Shown here one piece after another: positions 52,570 to 64,000 of a stretch of DNA of 64,000 nucleotides. A model generated the notes under the pieces. It ran no database searches, was not told the DNA's origin, and saw only the letters and a program-made list of their open reading frames with translations. The position numbers and the translations under genes were made by a program. Position 1 is the first letter of the stretch. Each line of letters begins with the position of its first letter. The DNA comes from Fimbriosthenelais zetlandica (taxonomy: Eukaryota). The DNA lies in contig OZ365113.1 of assembly GCA_977030845.1 (NCBI GenBank), positions 37,014,001-37,078,000 of the forward strand, given 5' to 3'.

Positions 52570-52762
52570 TGCCAGGACTCCACTACCGCGATAGTCCTGG
52601 AAACACTACCGCGACAAAGGTGATACTTGAGTAGCAATAAAATGAATAAATAGCATTCGTAATGTTCATGACCCTCCTCCATTGCTACATTTTTCACTGG
52701 GACAAAAACCACCTTTGTCGCAGTAGTTTTGCAAGCAAAATCGCAGCAGTGGTGTGCGGGCT
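52570..52762. mobile_element. MITE family A, diverged
   Basis: tgccaggactccactaccgcga ... tcgcagcagtggtgtgcgggct|TAA. Confidence 0.75.
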
Positions 52763-54039
52763 TAAGAGTCATATGCCTGCCAGTGAGGCAATCACTACAT
52801 GTCCACAAATTCACACCTAGACCACCAACATAGACTCCAACACCGCGACCCATTTAGTGTGAATGACGATATTCACACTTGTGGATTTACCAAATTTAGA
52901 AGGTGTTTCTCTTTCATCAAGGTTCCATGAATCAAGGGGTGAAGGGAGCATTAGGTATCCTCTCTAGGGTATATATCATACATCATGTGATCATGGACTA
53001 CCTCCATATCCCCTGGCCATACAAGCTGAGGGTCATTATTTATACCGGCCATTTGGACCTGTAATGTATTGCCTTAAGCCCTTGCTATATTCACCTATTG
53101 AGTTATGGGTCGCAAATTTATAATTACACTGGTTCTACTGCCAGTGATGCATCAGTAGGCAATTGCAACGTGATTGGCATAAAAGCACCCATAGGCTATA
53201 TTTAAAATGCGGATTTTTTAGTTCAGAATTGTAACTAACTGAAACAAAAGCCAGTTCCTTCATATTAGACCAGTCAAAGAATCGTTATTAAAAGCCTTAT
53301 TTAAAGCATATTGTGAGTCCTAGCTAGAGACCTGAAGGTAGAATGAGGAAAATCAATCATTTTAATTAATTGCTTTCATTGGCGAGTAACAGCTGTCGAG
53401 TGTGTTTTTCCTCAAATCCACCTTTCCCATGTCCGAGGGAACTCTTCACTACTGAATCATATTCTGCATGGGAAGTAAAAATGGCCATCCGAAGTTTCCT
53501 AGACGCAAATAGTAGCATGCCAAAGTAATTACCAAAGGCGCAGCAAAAATGCATGTATACACTGTGTTTGGATATAGCTCAGTTATATGTCCCCATATTT
53601 CACTATATTTTGTATGGATATATGTTATATGAACCACCTCATAGATTCAGGGAGATATAATCTAAATCTAAAGTCAGGGCTCTTTTTTGACTTGTACCAA
53701 TCTGCCTCCACCATCTGAGCTCACAGTTTGACCGGAAATGGAGCGCTGAGATTCCCGGGGAGGTATCAATAACATTTTTTCAGTTGACTGGTGCACTGTT
53801 AGACCCATCTTGTTAGAAAGTGCGTCATTAATGTGAAATGAAGAGGCTGGCTGCACCTGCTGGCTTATTAAATTAGTTCTGCCTTCACAAGTCAGAACAC
53901 CATACATCATGAGCTGGTGAGGGTAATCAGACAGGGTATTGTTCTCCTTCCATAACCAATCACTCTATTCCATCACAATCGACAAATGCCAAGGCCTGCT
54001 GCACAGCGGCTCTAGCCTCCACCTCACACTCCCTTCTAA

Positions 54040-54245
54040 AGCCAGAACTGCACAGCTGCCATTCTGCTTGGGACAGTACTACAACAAAGGTGATGCTTGT
54101 GAAATACCCAAACTTAGAGACGGAGAAAAAGCAGGGGATACAAACTAAAATCTGCGAAGAGACCTCTTTAATCGGTCTGTAGAATATTGTGGTGGTTAAA
54201 CTCAGAGGCTGTCGCAAGGCAGGACGGATCAGTGGAGCATGGCCT
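54040..54245. mobile_element. MITE family A, highly decayed
   Basis: TAA|agccagaactgcacagctgc..acaaaggtgatgcttgtg ... cagtggagcatggcct|TAG. Confidence 0.45.
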
Positions 54246-54530
54246 TAGAAAATCCAATCACTATCCATTTTATTGTCGCAGCAATGGATGACCGGCTTTA
54301 TACAGGCCTATACTACAGGAGTCAGAGCATATAGGAAAAGCACACCAATTGCCTTGGGGAAAATATCTATTATTTGATCTTTCCTTGGTCTGGGTTCTTA
54401 AAAATAGCTCGAGTCATTTGTCAAAGAGAAAGGCTCTGACTGGTCAACTGTGTGTTGGCTTGGTTGTTGTGGGTGAGCTCTGACCCTGTAAGTCCCATGG
54501 TGAGGTATGATGAGAGGTGGTGAGAGGAGG

Positions 54531-54601
54531 TGGGCAGCCTACACCCAGACCCCGGGCAGCCTACACTCAGCCCCCCGGGCAGCCTACACTCGGACCCCCG
54601 A
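54531..54601. repeat. About 23-bp tandem repeat, 3 copies
   Basis: gggcagcctacac.c.g.cccc. Confidence 0.8.
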
Positions 54602-55949
54602 GCTTTAAGCTACACATTACCCCTGTCTGCCTCTGTAATTGGATCTTAAACCACTAGAAGTAGAAAACAGTTTTGCCAAGAGATCATTCTCTCTCTCTCT
54701 CTCTGTATATTCTACAGGCCCCAGAGTCACTGCTAATGTGGTAGGTCTAGTGAATTGTCTGCTATAACTGCAGCAAGTGTAACTGCACTAGCAGGGCTTG
54801 CTATTTGTAAGGGGTGCCTATATATTGTGGTCTATTTGCGAGTGGTGTGGCAGATATGGCAATTCAGGCATAGAGAAGTCAGCAACAGGGGCTAGCCGCA
54901 AGAAAATCGCAACACTCGCAAGACAAAAGAACTCTAGTTGAGCTACCTCACAAGCACATTTTAAAAGCATGAATGGCTCTAAAGTTTCCACACTGAACAA
55001 ATGAAGCTATGATCGATAAAGGATAGTGGACGACAAAAATCCATGACACATTCCCAACGAGAGCAGACTAGATGTGGCTGAGACAATTCAGCTGACGGAC
55101 ATTGATTAATGAAATAAGTTCAGGACTGAAAGAACCGGAAAAATCTCCCGAGAAAAGAAATCTGTCTTCCTAGGAATTAACCATGGAATTATCGATCTTA
55201 GATTTAGGAGAAGCTTAAAATAAAAAAGGTATAATAGAATATATATTATATACGGGAGTGAATCTCACCTTTGGATCTTTTTTTCTTCTTGTGTATGATA
55301 AGTACAACATGTCTCATGACGTCACAACCTTCGTACTCCAGGAGCACACTAACAGAGTGAGAGATTGTAGAGAGATCATCAACTAACTCCAATACCCCCA
55401 GCACCCCCTTCACTCCAAGGCTGGCCTGATAGCGAGATCTCCACTCTGTTTGCTAGCCATTGGAGGAGGAAGTTTATATCACAATATTTTTTCCTCCGTG
55501 AAATATTGATGACCACCAATGCATTTGCAAAGGAACATTGCTACATTTCAGCCTTCTCCGATTGATCTTCACTGAAATAAGTGGATTGGGAAATTATATT
55601 TCTTGTAGTGTAAGCCCTTCAGGAGATTCTTAGGTCGTTGTATTCTGAATACTGAATGGTGCGCTTATGAAATCCTCAATTTATTTGATTTTCAGATTCA
55701 TCACAAATTTTATTGCGAAGTTTATTTTCCAAATCAGATGTATAGAGATAAATAAGACCCGAGTGGCGTGCGTGCAGAGAATGTGGGAATACTACATTAG
55801 GTGCTTTTAAGAAGGAAGGCTAGGGCAGGGCCGGGTTTAATGCATTGAATCCATCACTAACTAATAAAGGCACGTTAAGGGAAAAGAGACAGGTAAAGTA
55901 TGGGAGCAGTAGCAGCCACCAGCGATACAAAATGTCTACAGCATATCAT

Positions 55950-56470
55950 CACACGCGTCCCCCTTAATATAAAGCCCTGTCTGCGACACAGTGGTCCTCA
56001 TAACCCTGTCCTAACACAGGGCACAGCTTGAAAGCATTTCACAGGGATCCTTTGTGTCACGGACCAGTGAAGCACAAGGAAGGATGGTGGAGGCAGTGAA
56101 TGGCTGTAATAGATGTAGATCATCCATGGTCAGGCCGTATATACAGGGGTACTGGATACACGGGAGCTGGTCACGCAAACCTTTGAGGATGCCTCAGAGA
56201 GTCTGGTGATGTTCATCTATAGACTGGAGCACTGAGGTAGCTGGTGGTATAAATAGGCAGTAGTCGTCCCCTCATACCCACTTACTGCTCCTCCAAATGG
56301 CCAGGCATGTCAACTTGCCAACGCCTTGTACTGAATTTATGGGCAAAAGGGATTTGTTGACATAATAATCGGTATGGATTCATGCAAATTGGGCCTACTT
56401 TATGATGCAAGATTTCCCTAATCTGCATTAGATTTCCAGATACCCCAGAAGGTGATGTAATGTGCCACAA
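55950..56470 (-). mobile_element. Decayed Ty3/gypsy reverse-transcriptase remnant
   Basis: Broken frame reads GPICMNPYRL, SYLSAPV..SPDSLR, YPVP and QRIPV, in the order of gypsy RT motifs (PI...PYR; SPWSAPV..KPDGSLR; YPLP; YWQIPV). Confidence 0.35.
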
Positions 56471-59400
56471 ACCATACGATCATTCCATGCGGACTAATTT
56501 ATGCCAATGGATTTTTTAAATTAATACAAAATATTCCTACGATAAAATGCAGCTTAGCTGCCAATGGAAAATGAAACGAAAGTTGGTGACCAATGGAATG
56601 ATTTTCATAGATTCAGCTCTTATGAAACCAGATCTTTCCAGTACAATTCAGTCAATTGCCTTTACCTGACCAAGCCTTGCGTTCTGCAGCTCTGTGATCT
56701 CTACAATATGACACGCTATGCTCGGGGCGGCAGAATGAGTCCGGATGGACTACAAGCCTGGCCTTTACTAAGACCTTTCATATGACCCAAGGTACCCACG
56801 CCCTTTGAAGAATATCCCAATTACTAAATGCGTCTGATACGTATTAGGACAATAGAATGCACAATATTGCAAAAACCTGCCACGGCCCTGTGATAAAAAT
56901 GGCCTCTGAATGATTCATGAAGCGGATTGTCGGCCCAAGCTACAATCACAGACCCCCTGGGGTCCAAATTACACTGACTCGCTTTTGACACAGGAGTATA
57001 ATGCATTCAGTGACAGGATAATATTTTTTGCTGCTGTCACGTCCAAAAGAATATCATTCAAACTGATATATGGCATAGCAATTCATGGGAATAACACTGT
57101 TATATCAAGGTATGATTTTGAATGGCTGACGCAAAGGGTAAACAGTGGGGAAATAGTATTAAGATGAGGCATTTAGATAGCGGTGGCCTACACAACCTGC
57201 TCTATTAATAATGTATTAATGGCTTGATGTATTGCTGCAATAGCAATATTTCAAATGATCCGGATGAATACAGACTGTAGAGCTACATTGTTGGTGCTAT
57301 TGATTATATATATTCCACTCTACCAAGGTTCCCATCTGAAAATTGATTTCTATTCTTGAAGAATGCCAAGCAGGAGGTGTTAGGGCACACACATAGGGCA
57401 AGTAGACCAATTCCAATGGCTTTGTTCAGAATTAGTCCAAGAGCAATTAATCCGAGAGAAATTGATCAGATGACGTTCACAGACTAATCCCTGACTAATC
57501 CTTTATTAATGACCAGAGTAATGTATGTCTAATCCGTGTGGACAGTGTTGTTAATCCCCTTCGTGTCTTGTCTCAGTGTATCTGGTTGTGACAATATTTG
57601 CCAAGGTAACTTAACTACCATTGTACACTTGTATAGCAGATCGATATTATTTCATGCATCTATGCATCAGGCTTCCAACTGAGGACAATTGAGAGATAGA
57701 AGATGGACTGAATCTGCATCTATATCCTGTAATGTAAGACCAGTGAAGTTTTCCATGAGAGTTACTTCTACAATATTGTATCCCGCACGTAATCCGTTCC
57801 TTGGTGTACAACTCACTAATCACCCATTGCTGTGCAATTCACCAGGCAAGAGCAGTGCTCAAGAGTTGCTGCCAATGATGCTTGGCAAGCATATGAGAGA
57901 TTGTTGAAAAAGATCACTCTCATGAAAGCTGGATCACTGAGGAACTCAGAGCCAGTTCCTGTGAGCAATTCTTCTGAGTGAGTAAGCTACCAGACGGTCG
58001 AGTGAGAGGGGAGGAGCTCCAGTGATGAGGGGACCTGACCATCCACCCACTACCTGGATACCACGAGTACTGGCACTTGATGAGCCAGCCCAGGCACTGG
58101 TAGGTGTATGCCAATAGTGTGTCAGTCCATCCAACAAGTATAGACTTTCATCAAGTCTTACTCTCAGAGTCAGAGACTGCCGTGGTGCCGTGATCAGGAT
58201 TGAGAGTCACATTTTTCACTCATCTGTACACTCCTCCTCTTGCCAGACTGTGGCCGGGCCAGCTGCCATTGCCATACTGATTTCTTCCTCCTCTCCTCTT
58301 TCCTCCTCCCCCAGTCTTACACCCAATAACACCTGGTAGGCCGCCGGGCACCGCAGCGCCACTCAGTGGCGGGGGACAAGACTACATAAACATTCTGACA
58401 ACTGGCTGGTGGGTGGGGTGTACTTTAGTGATGTTACATCAGGGGGAGATCTCATACCCCCAGGTTGGCACCTCATAAATGGTGTCCCTTCCCTCTTGAG
58501 AGAACTCCAGTCTTGGACTGGACAAGCCGGGTTTTACTATGCTAAGACTAGCATTGGGATATGGAACTGGAGCATAGAAATCAATGGTGAATCGTTTCTA
58601 TTGATTTGTAGCATGTTTTCCCAACTAGTAAACAGTGAATCGTTGACGTTGCCTCTTGGCTATAAATAATTACATAGTATGAGTAACGGACAGTACTGAT
58701 TTCACTCATTGATTTAAGCTTAATGGCTGTCATCATATGGGTTCAAATGAGCTTTTATGAGTTCTATACAAAATGGTTCATGCAGAAAACGATACTCATA
58801 ACTTATGGAAGCTTTTGATGGATTGCAGCTAGAAGGAGTACATGTCAAGGGAAGTACCTCAAAAAACTATTAGAGAAACCAATCTCAAGTGAGTTCCAAA
58901 TGCAATCTCTTTGATAGAATGCCCTGCAGCAGGACCATTCCTTACCACAAGAACATCCATTTATTAGAAGATACAAGAAAGGAAGTACTTTCTCATGGAA
59001 ATATCTTTTCAGTAATCTTTCATAAAGAAGAGCCAGTGTGACATATAATGTCTCAACTTTTTTGATTAGTTCACATATTAAAGTTCTCACTTTCAGAATA
59101 AGTATCAAGGGAGATGACGATTGGAAATCTTGGAAATAGAGAAGGCCAGGTATAGGCCTATTAGAATACTTGAAAAAGCAGAATGAAACTGCTCCGTAGT
59201 TGGCACATTTCTGCAGGGTATCCACCAGGGTTCCCAGCAGATCATGAAAACAGAATTCCCCGAGTTTACCCTGTTATATGTAAGCCCTTAAATTATACTT
59301 CTGAGTCAGTATTGAAATTCCCTGAGTTTTGCCTGATTTGTCCATTTCTTTCAGATTTCCTGAATTTTCCCTTTCTGGAAAAAGTGAAACTCATTTTCCA

Positions 59401-59754
59401 GGTTTTTCTCTCAGGCTCTAGACTGACTGGGAATCTGTCAGTCGTAACCTCATCCCTCAACCTTCATCATAAGACACGACCAGCCACGCACATCAAAGCG
59501 GACATGAGAAGAAAATGGTTTCCTCTGAGGAGGGAACAGTCTCCTGACGAGAATCCCAGGGGAGTATTCAGTCTCCGGCTACTACAACAGGTTTATAATC
59601 CACCCTATACTTGACAATACAGACACAGACCCGAATACCTAATGCCAGGTTTCGTTTGTATATTGTTTAACCTTTAATCAGTTGGCAATCCCAAGATAAG
59701 AAACATGCTGTTGGCACACAATGGCCTGGTATTCTCGATCGACATGAATGGTTA

Positions 59755-59845
59755 TTTTACATGCCTCTTAATATAGACAGTGCATTGGAGACATGGCTGG
59801 CCTTTGATAGCCCAGTTAGCATCACTGGGTGGAGAAGGGCAATGG
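59755..59845 (-). mobile_element. Fragment of the same SINE-like repeat
   Basis: ttttacatgcctc..agacagt..ggagacatggctggcctttgatagcccagttagca..gaagggcaatgg. Confidence 0.6.
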
Positions 59846-60435
59846 TAGAGTATACCTTTTTAAAAGGGCACTGCCACAATGTCAATTGAAATCATGTGAC
59901 CTTGTACAACGGCATATATTTGCTAGTCTGCACACAAAGATAGTAACAGGGCAATCAACAGAAATTGCCAATAGAAGATAAGAAGGAATGCCTTGATAAT
60001 TAGACCCATGGAAGTAGTTCCAAGTGTATACAATCAGTACCAGATCCAATTGTGCATTTCCCTATACTACTATCAGGTTCAAACTGACTAAGCCCAGGGT
60101 TGTGAAAGATTCTCTAATCGATAACACCTTTACAGAGCTTCCAAACTGGGTTGTCAGTTAATCCCCTGAAAATCAATGTAGGCAGACATTGATTGATAAT
60201 TAATCCGGGCTCCTTTAAAAGGACGCCATTAAGGTGTGTAGACGGAAGACGCATGGCAACGTCAGGCCCATCAAAACTGGGAAATCGATGCAGATGAAAA
60301 ATATTACCAGTTTTTTTATGGGCAACTTTGATAGAACAATGAAGATGTATAGGTGGATGGAATGGCCTTGACACATCCCAAATGAGGGGCATACAGTTAC
60401 TGGATACATGCTGCAGGCAGTATGAGCAGGGATAA

Positions 60436-60666
60436 CGCCCGACATCCACTGTACGATCCTTGAGGGCACCGATTTTTGTGATCGGCAAAGATCGAATTAG
60501 AATCCTTACGGATCATTTTTATATTGATTTGCTATTGAAAAATCGGCGCCGATCCCAAGATTTTGGCATCCACCAGCCCGATCATCTGAAGGGATCTTTT
60601 ATTTGGTCCTGATCGCCTGTGATCGCTTAAGATCGGGATGAAAATCGGGCTGGTGGATGTCGGGCT
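60436..60666. mobile_element. MITE family C, GATC-rich, TAA TSD
   Basis: TAA|cgcccgacatccact ... ggtggatgtcgggct|TAA, with many internal cgatc/gatcg motifs. Confidence 0.8.
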
Positions 60667-61262
60667 TAAGCCTCAAGCCTTAAGAAGTGTGTAGTTAATA
60701 GGGCCGGAGGATTCTGGCAGATCCAAGGATTATTATCCATTTTAATCAAATCCAACAGCCCATACCGACCGTCGTCTGAATAACGACATCCCAATAATCT
60801 CCCGTCTATAAATAATCACCTGATAAGACAAAATACTTCACATATCAGTCAATGAATGTGGCCACACATTTTGAACAGACCGTCTTTCTCTTTAAAATAT
60901 TCCTCCATGAAAAAGTGAGTGGGATATGAAGACAGTGAGAGTTTCAAACAATCCCACTGATCACCTAAAGTAAGGCTTGTCTTAGTCAATGGGGAAACGG
61001 TGGATAAAAACAACACGCAACCTTGACATCTCATGTGGGCTGACCCCAGCAAGGCCAGTCAGTTTGCCAGTTTCACCGCCTAATATGAATTGATTCACTT
61101 TTTTCGAAGCGCCAATTCTTGGACGTGTAATAAATCAAGGTAAAAAAGAAACCCATGGAGGTTCCCAATCATGAAGATAAAGAATGGGAGCTGACCCCTT
61201 AATGGGACGCGTCACATTACTTGAAGTATCCATCATGGAGCAGACTGGGGAGTTATAGGGGA

Positions 61263-61630
61263 AGACAAGCCAGAGATGGTCCGTATAGACAGGCCAGAGA
61301 TGGTCCGTATAGACAAGCCAGAGATGGTCCGTATTTCACCGGGAAGACAAGCCAGAGATGGTCCGTATTTCACCGGGAAGACAAGCCAGAGATGGTCCGT
61401 ATTTCACCGGGAAGACAAGCCAGAGATGGTCCGTATTTCACCGGGAAGACAAGCCAGAGATGGTCCGTATTTCACCGGGAAGACAAGCCAGAGATGGTCC
61501 GTATAGACAAGCCAGAGATGGTCCGTATTTCACCGGGAAGACAAGCCAGAGATGGTCCGTATTTCACCGGGAAGACAAGCCAGAGATGGTCCGTATTTCT
61601 CCGGGAAGACAAGCCAGAGATGGTCCGTAT
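61263..61630. repeat. Two-state minisatellite: 12 copies of a 24-bp core, 8 of them followed by a 10-bp module
   Basis: Core agacaagccagagatggtccgtat, module ttcaccggga. Order S,S,L,L,L,L,L,S,L,L,L,S. Confidence 0.95.
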
Positions 61631-63005
61631 TCCTCCAGTCTTCCTCCACTAATGTCAAGAGACACTGAAGCTCTACAGTTGATATGTAGACGGTACAGTA
61701 TAGGCATAATGGATCCAAGCAGCCATATAGCATGACCTATATATTTCAGTTTGCATTTAGCAGTGCCAGACACTATATACCTGCCCACGCAATTGGTACC
61801 GATAGGCCTATATTTCCCCCCATTTGAAACAAGAGTAAAATATTGAAGAAATTTTGAACAGAACTTGGCGTGCCACCTGACATTGTGGCCACCACAGTTC
61901 TGCTATCCACAGTATATTGCCAAGTTTAACCACAGTACTCTTCTTTTTTTAATCTTTTACTTAATTTTATTGGTCGAAAGATTGTCTCAATGCCAACCCA
62001 CCAGATCGACCAATTCCTGTGGAAATCGGTAAACCAACTATTTATGTGAAGACACAAGTCAAATATATACTTCCTTTTAGTGGAAATATTGTCAAAAGCC
62101 ACCAAATCAAATCAGTGGACCGGGGAAGAACAATACAAAGTACCTGCACACAAGTGCAAGATTAATGCTATATCTACAGCTAAAGGCCAATGGGTAATCG
62201 ATAGTAATCCAGGTGTTTACCACTCAAATGTTTACGATATTAGCCCAGCCTCATCGCCCTTAATGATGTCTAAACACGTGTGGGAGGCTAATCAGGAGGC
62301 AGGTCGATATAGTAGAGGGGAAGGAGCGGGAGAGGTACACCCACATGTGAAACACGTCACAAGCGGGTGCCATCTACCAACATGAAGTACCACCAAATTA
62401 CCTCCTACTCCAAAACCTCCATATCCAGTTACTTCAGCAAAAAGCACAAGCACAAGCAACTTCTAAATGCAAACTTTGGTGCTGAAAAACTTATTGCAAA
62501 ACATAGGCTAATCTTTATAGAAGAGATTTTTGTTACGCGATGAATTAAATTTTATAATGATTGAGGAAAGTGATGAGAAATATTGATGGAAATGAATGGA
62601 ATGGCTTTAGTTTGGCCATCAATCCGAAGAGAGATATGTTCAAAGTTTCTTCCTGCGGCAATCCATCATTTTATTGTACATAGAGAGATATGGCAGGGGG
62701 ATGAGTAATGTCAATGTAAACCATGTATAGACCATCTACATCTTACCCTGATGTAACTCAAGCAGAGCAATTAATTAATCCCGGGAGTAATATTAGCCTC
62801 AGTGTTGCCGTGATCCGTACTAATTGGTCATGTGATGCCGTGATAAAACAATAGGCCTATATCATACAATATACATTCCACGTTAATGCGTACTTCATAG
62901 ATTTCATACGCCATGGTCGAGAGGAAACACGCTGTCGACACAAAATGTCTACTCTTCTTGAACAGCTGCAGCAACTGTTCCTTTACGTCATAGCTAGTCT
63001 TCAAC

Positions 63006-63087
63006 ATCCCAGTTAGCAGCACTTAGTAGAGAAAGACAATGGCAAATTTGGAGAATGCTTGGGGAATTGAACCCCAGACGTCCTACA
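63006..63087 (-). mobile_element. Fragment of the same repeat carrying a Pol III B-box (tRNA-derived SINE head)
   Basis: Shares cccagttagcag..aatggcaaatttggagaatg.ttggggaa with the 52 kb copy. The minus strand reads GGTTCAATTCC, matching the B-box consensus GTTCRANNC. Confidence 0.6.
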
Positions 63088-64000
63088 TTGAATTTTAATT
63101 CTACAGCCTAAGCTACAACCCCACCATGCATGAAGTGTCTATTTACATTAATATAGTTTTTGTAGGCCTTGTCTCTGGGAGGTATAGGTTGAGAGTATGT
63201 ATCATACTATATAATATCCTGCCTGCAGCATTCCTCTGGTGGTATACTACCAGTTCACCTGTCACTGACTCTCTATCTGCAAAGTCTTTCATCTCCCAGG
63301 GGTGCAGCAGGCAAAAATCAAAGGACTTTTCATTAGGTATCTGTTCATGTTCTATTTTAAAGTTGATGTTATATGGAGGTGTGTGTACTGTAAATGCTGG
63401 AGAATTGTACTTGATAAACTGTTAAATGTGGAACATTCCACTTAGCCTGGATGTGAGGAAATGGGCTCTTTGAACTATTGTCAAGTTCACAAGTTGTAAA
63501 TGTTCATAGATAAATTCATGACTTAAAAGTTCGTAAATGGACAATTTGAAAAGAGTTCATTTTAATCGCTTTGAGATGATAAATCATCGTATTGAGATGA
63601 TAAAATTTCAGACTTTTTAAAGACTTTTTAAGACCTATGATCTTTACCTTGACGACCTACAAACCAGATTGCAAATGAATAACGTAGACTGCTAAAATCG
63701 CCAGTTAAACCTGTATAAATACCGGGGACTGTCAGAGGTAATCGGCGACGTGAGGAGTCCAGTCTCAGGCCTGGATCATTTATATAATGAATCACTAATG
63801 GCTCCAGGATGAGCTTCTTTTTCTCGCTCTAATCGTGTCCTATACGGAGAGTAATTAGTTTTATACATACAGCAAAGTGTTTTTACTTTCACACTAAGAC
63901 AACAGCATTAACACGTGATTATATGAGGGAGGGAGGGGGGATAATCACTCTTATAATGCGCCACTTCTTGCTGAATACAGATTTAAAGACATATTTCATT

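Noticed and set aside
57690-57830. Minus-strand peptide LRAGYNIVEV..TGLTLQDI resembling a PDZ segment (possible MAGI PDZ0 exon)
   Set aside because: No polypyrimidine acceptor or GT donor, stops on both sides, and it lies next to a gypsy-like remnant.
59226-59437. Possible hAT-type MITE (cagggttcccag / ctgggaatctg)
   Set aside because: The TIR match is short and imperfect and there is no 8-bp TSD.
61263-61630. CRISPR-like repeat-spacer appearance
   Set aside because: The 'spacers' are identical 10-mers or absent, there are no cas genes, and the context is a eukaryotic intron.
61221-61788. Repetitive ORFs on both strands
   Set aside because: They are products of the 24/34-bp array.
62080-62385. 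WVIDS resembling a copia protease motif
   Set aside because: DSGA is not matched and there are no other copia motifs.
63040-63090. tRNA gene
   Set aside because: Only a B-box is present, with no A-box or cloverleaf; treated as a SINE head.

Overview
AT-rich animal (probably marine invertebrate) genomic DNA with no prokaryotic features. The window lies inside one large minus-strand gene, a MAGI-family scaffold (membrane-associated guanylate kinase, inverted). Three exons splice in frame with canonical GT-AG sites: 39850-39731 (GK domain), 38085-37770 (GK end, linker, WW1 first half) and 34126-34047 (WW1 second half). I did not find the N-terminal PDZ0/GK exons or the WW2/PDZ exons, which probably lie outside the window. 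The main unexplained element is a 1.36 kb same-strand ORF (22943-21579) in the long intron after WW1. It ends at a phase-compatible consensus donor and looks like an unrecognised large alternative MAGI exon. It is flanked by RFX X-boxes and has a promoter-like motif cluster 6 kb upstream. The rest is intron containing at least 14 MITE copies from four PIF/Harbinger-like families with a shared terminal signature, plus tRNA-SINE fragments, several minisatellites (one apparently derived from the SINE) and heavily decayed retroelement remnants. All translations and alignments were done by eye; no database search was run.
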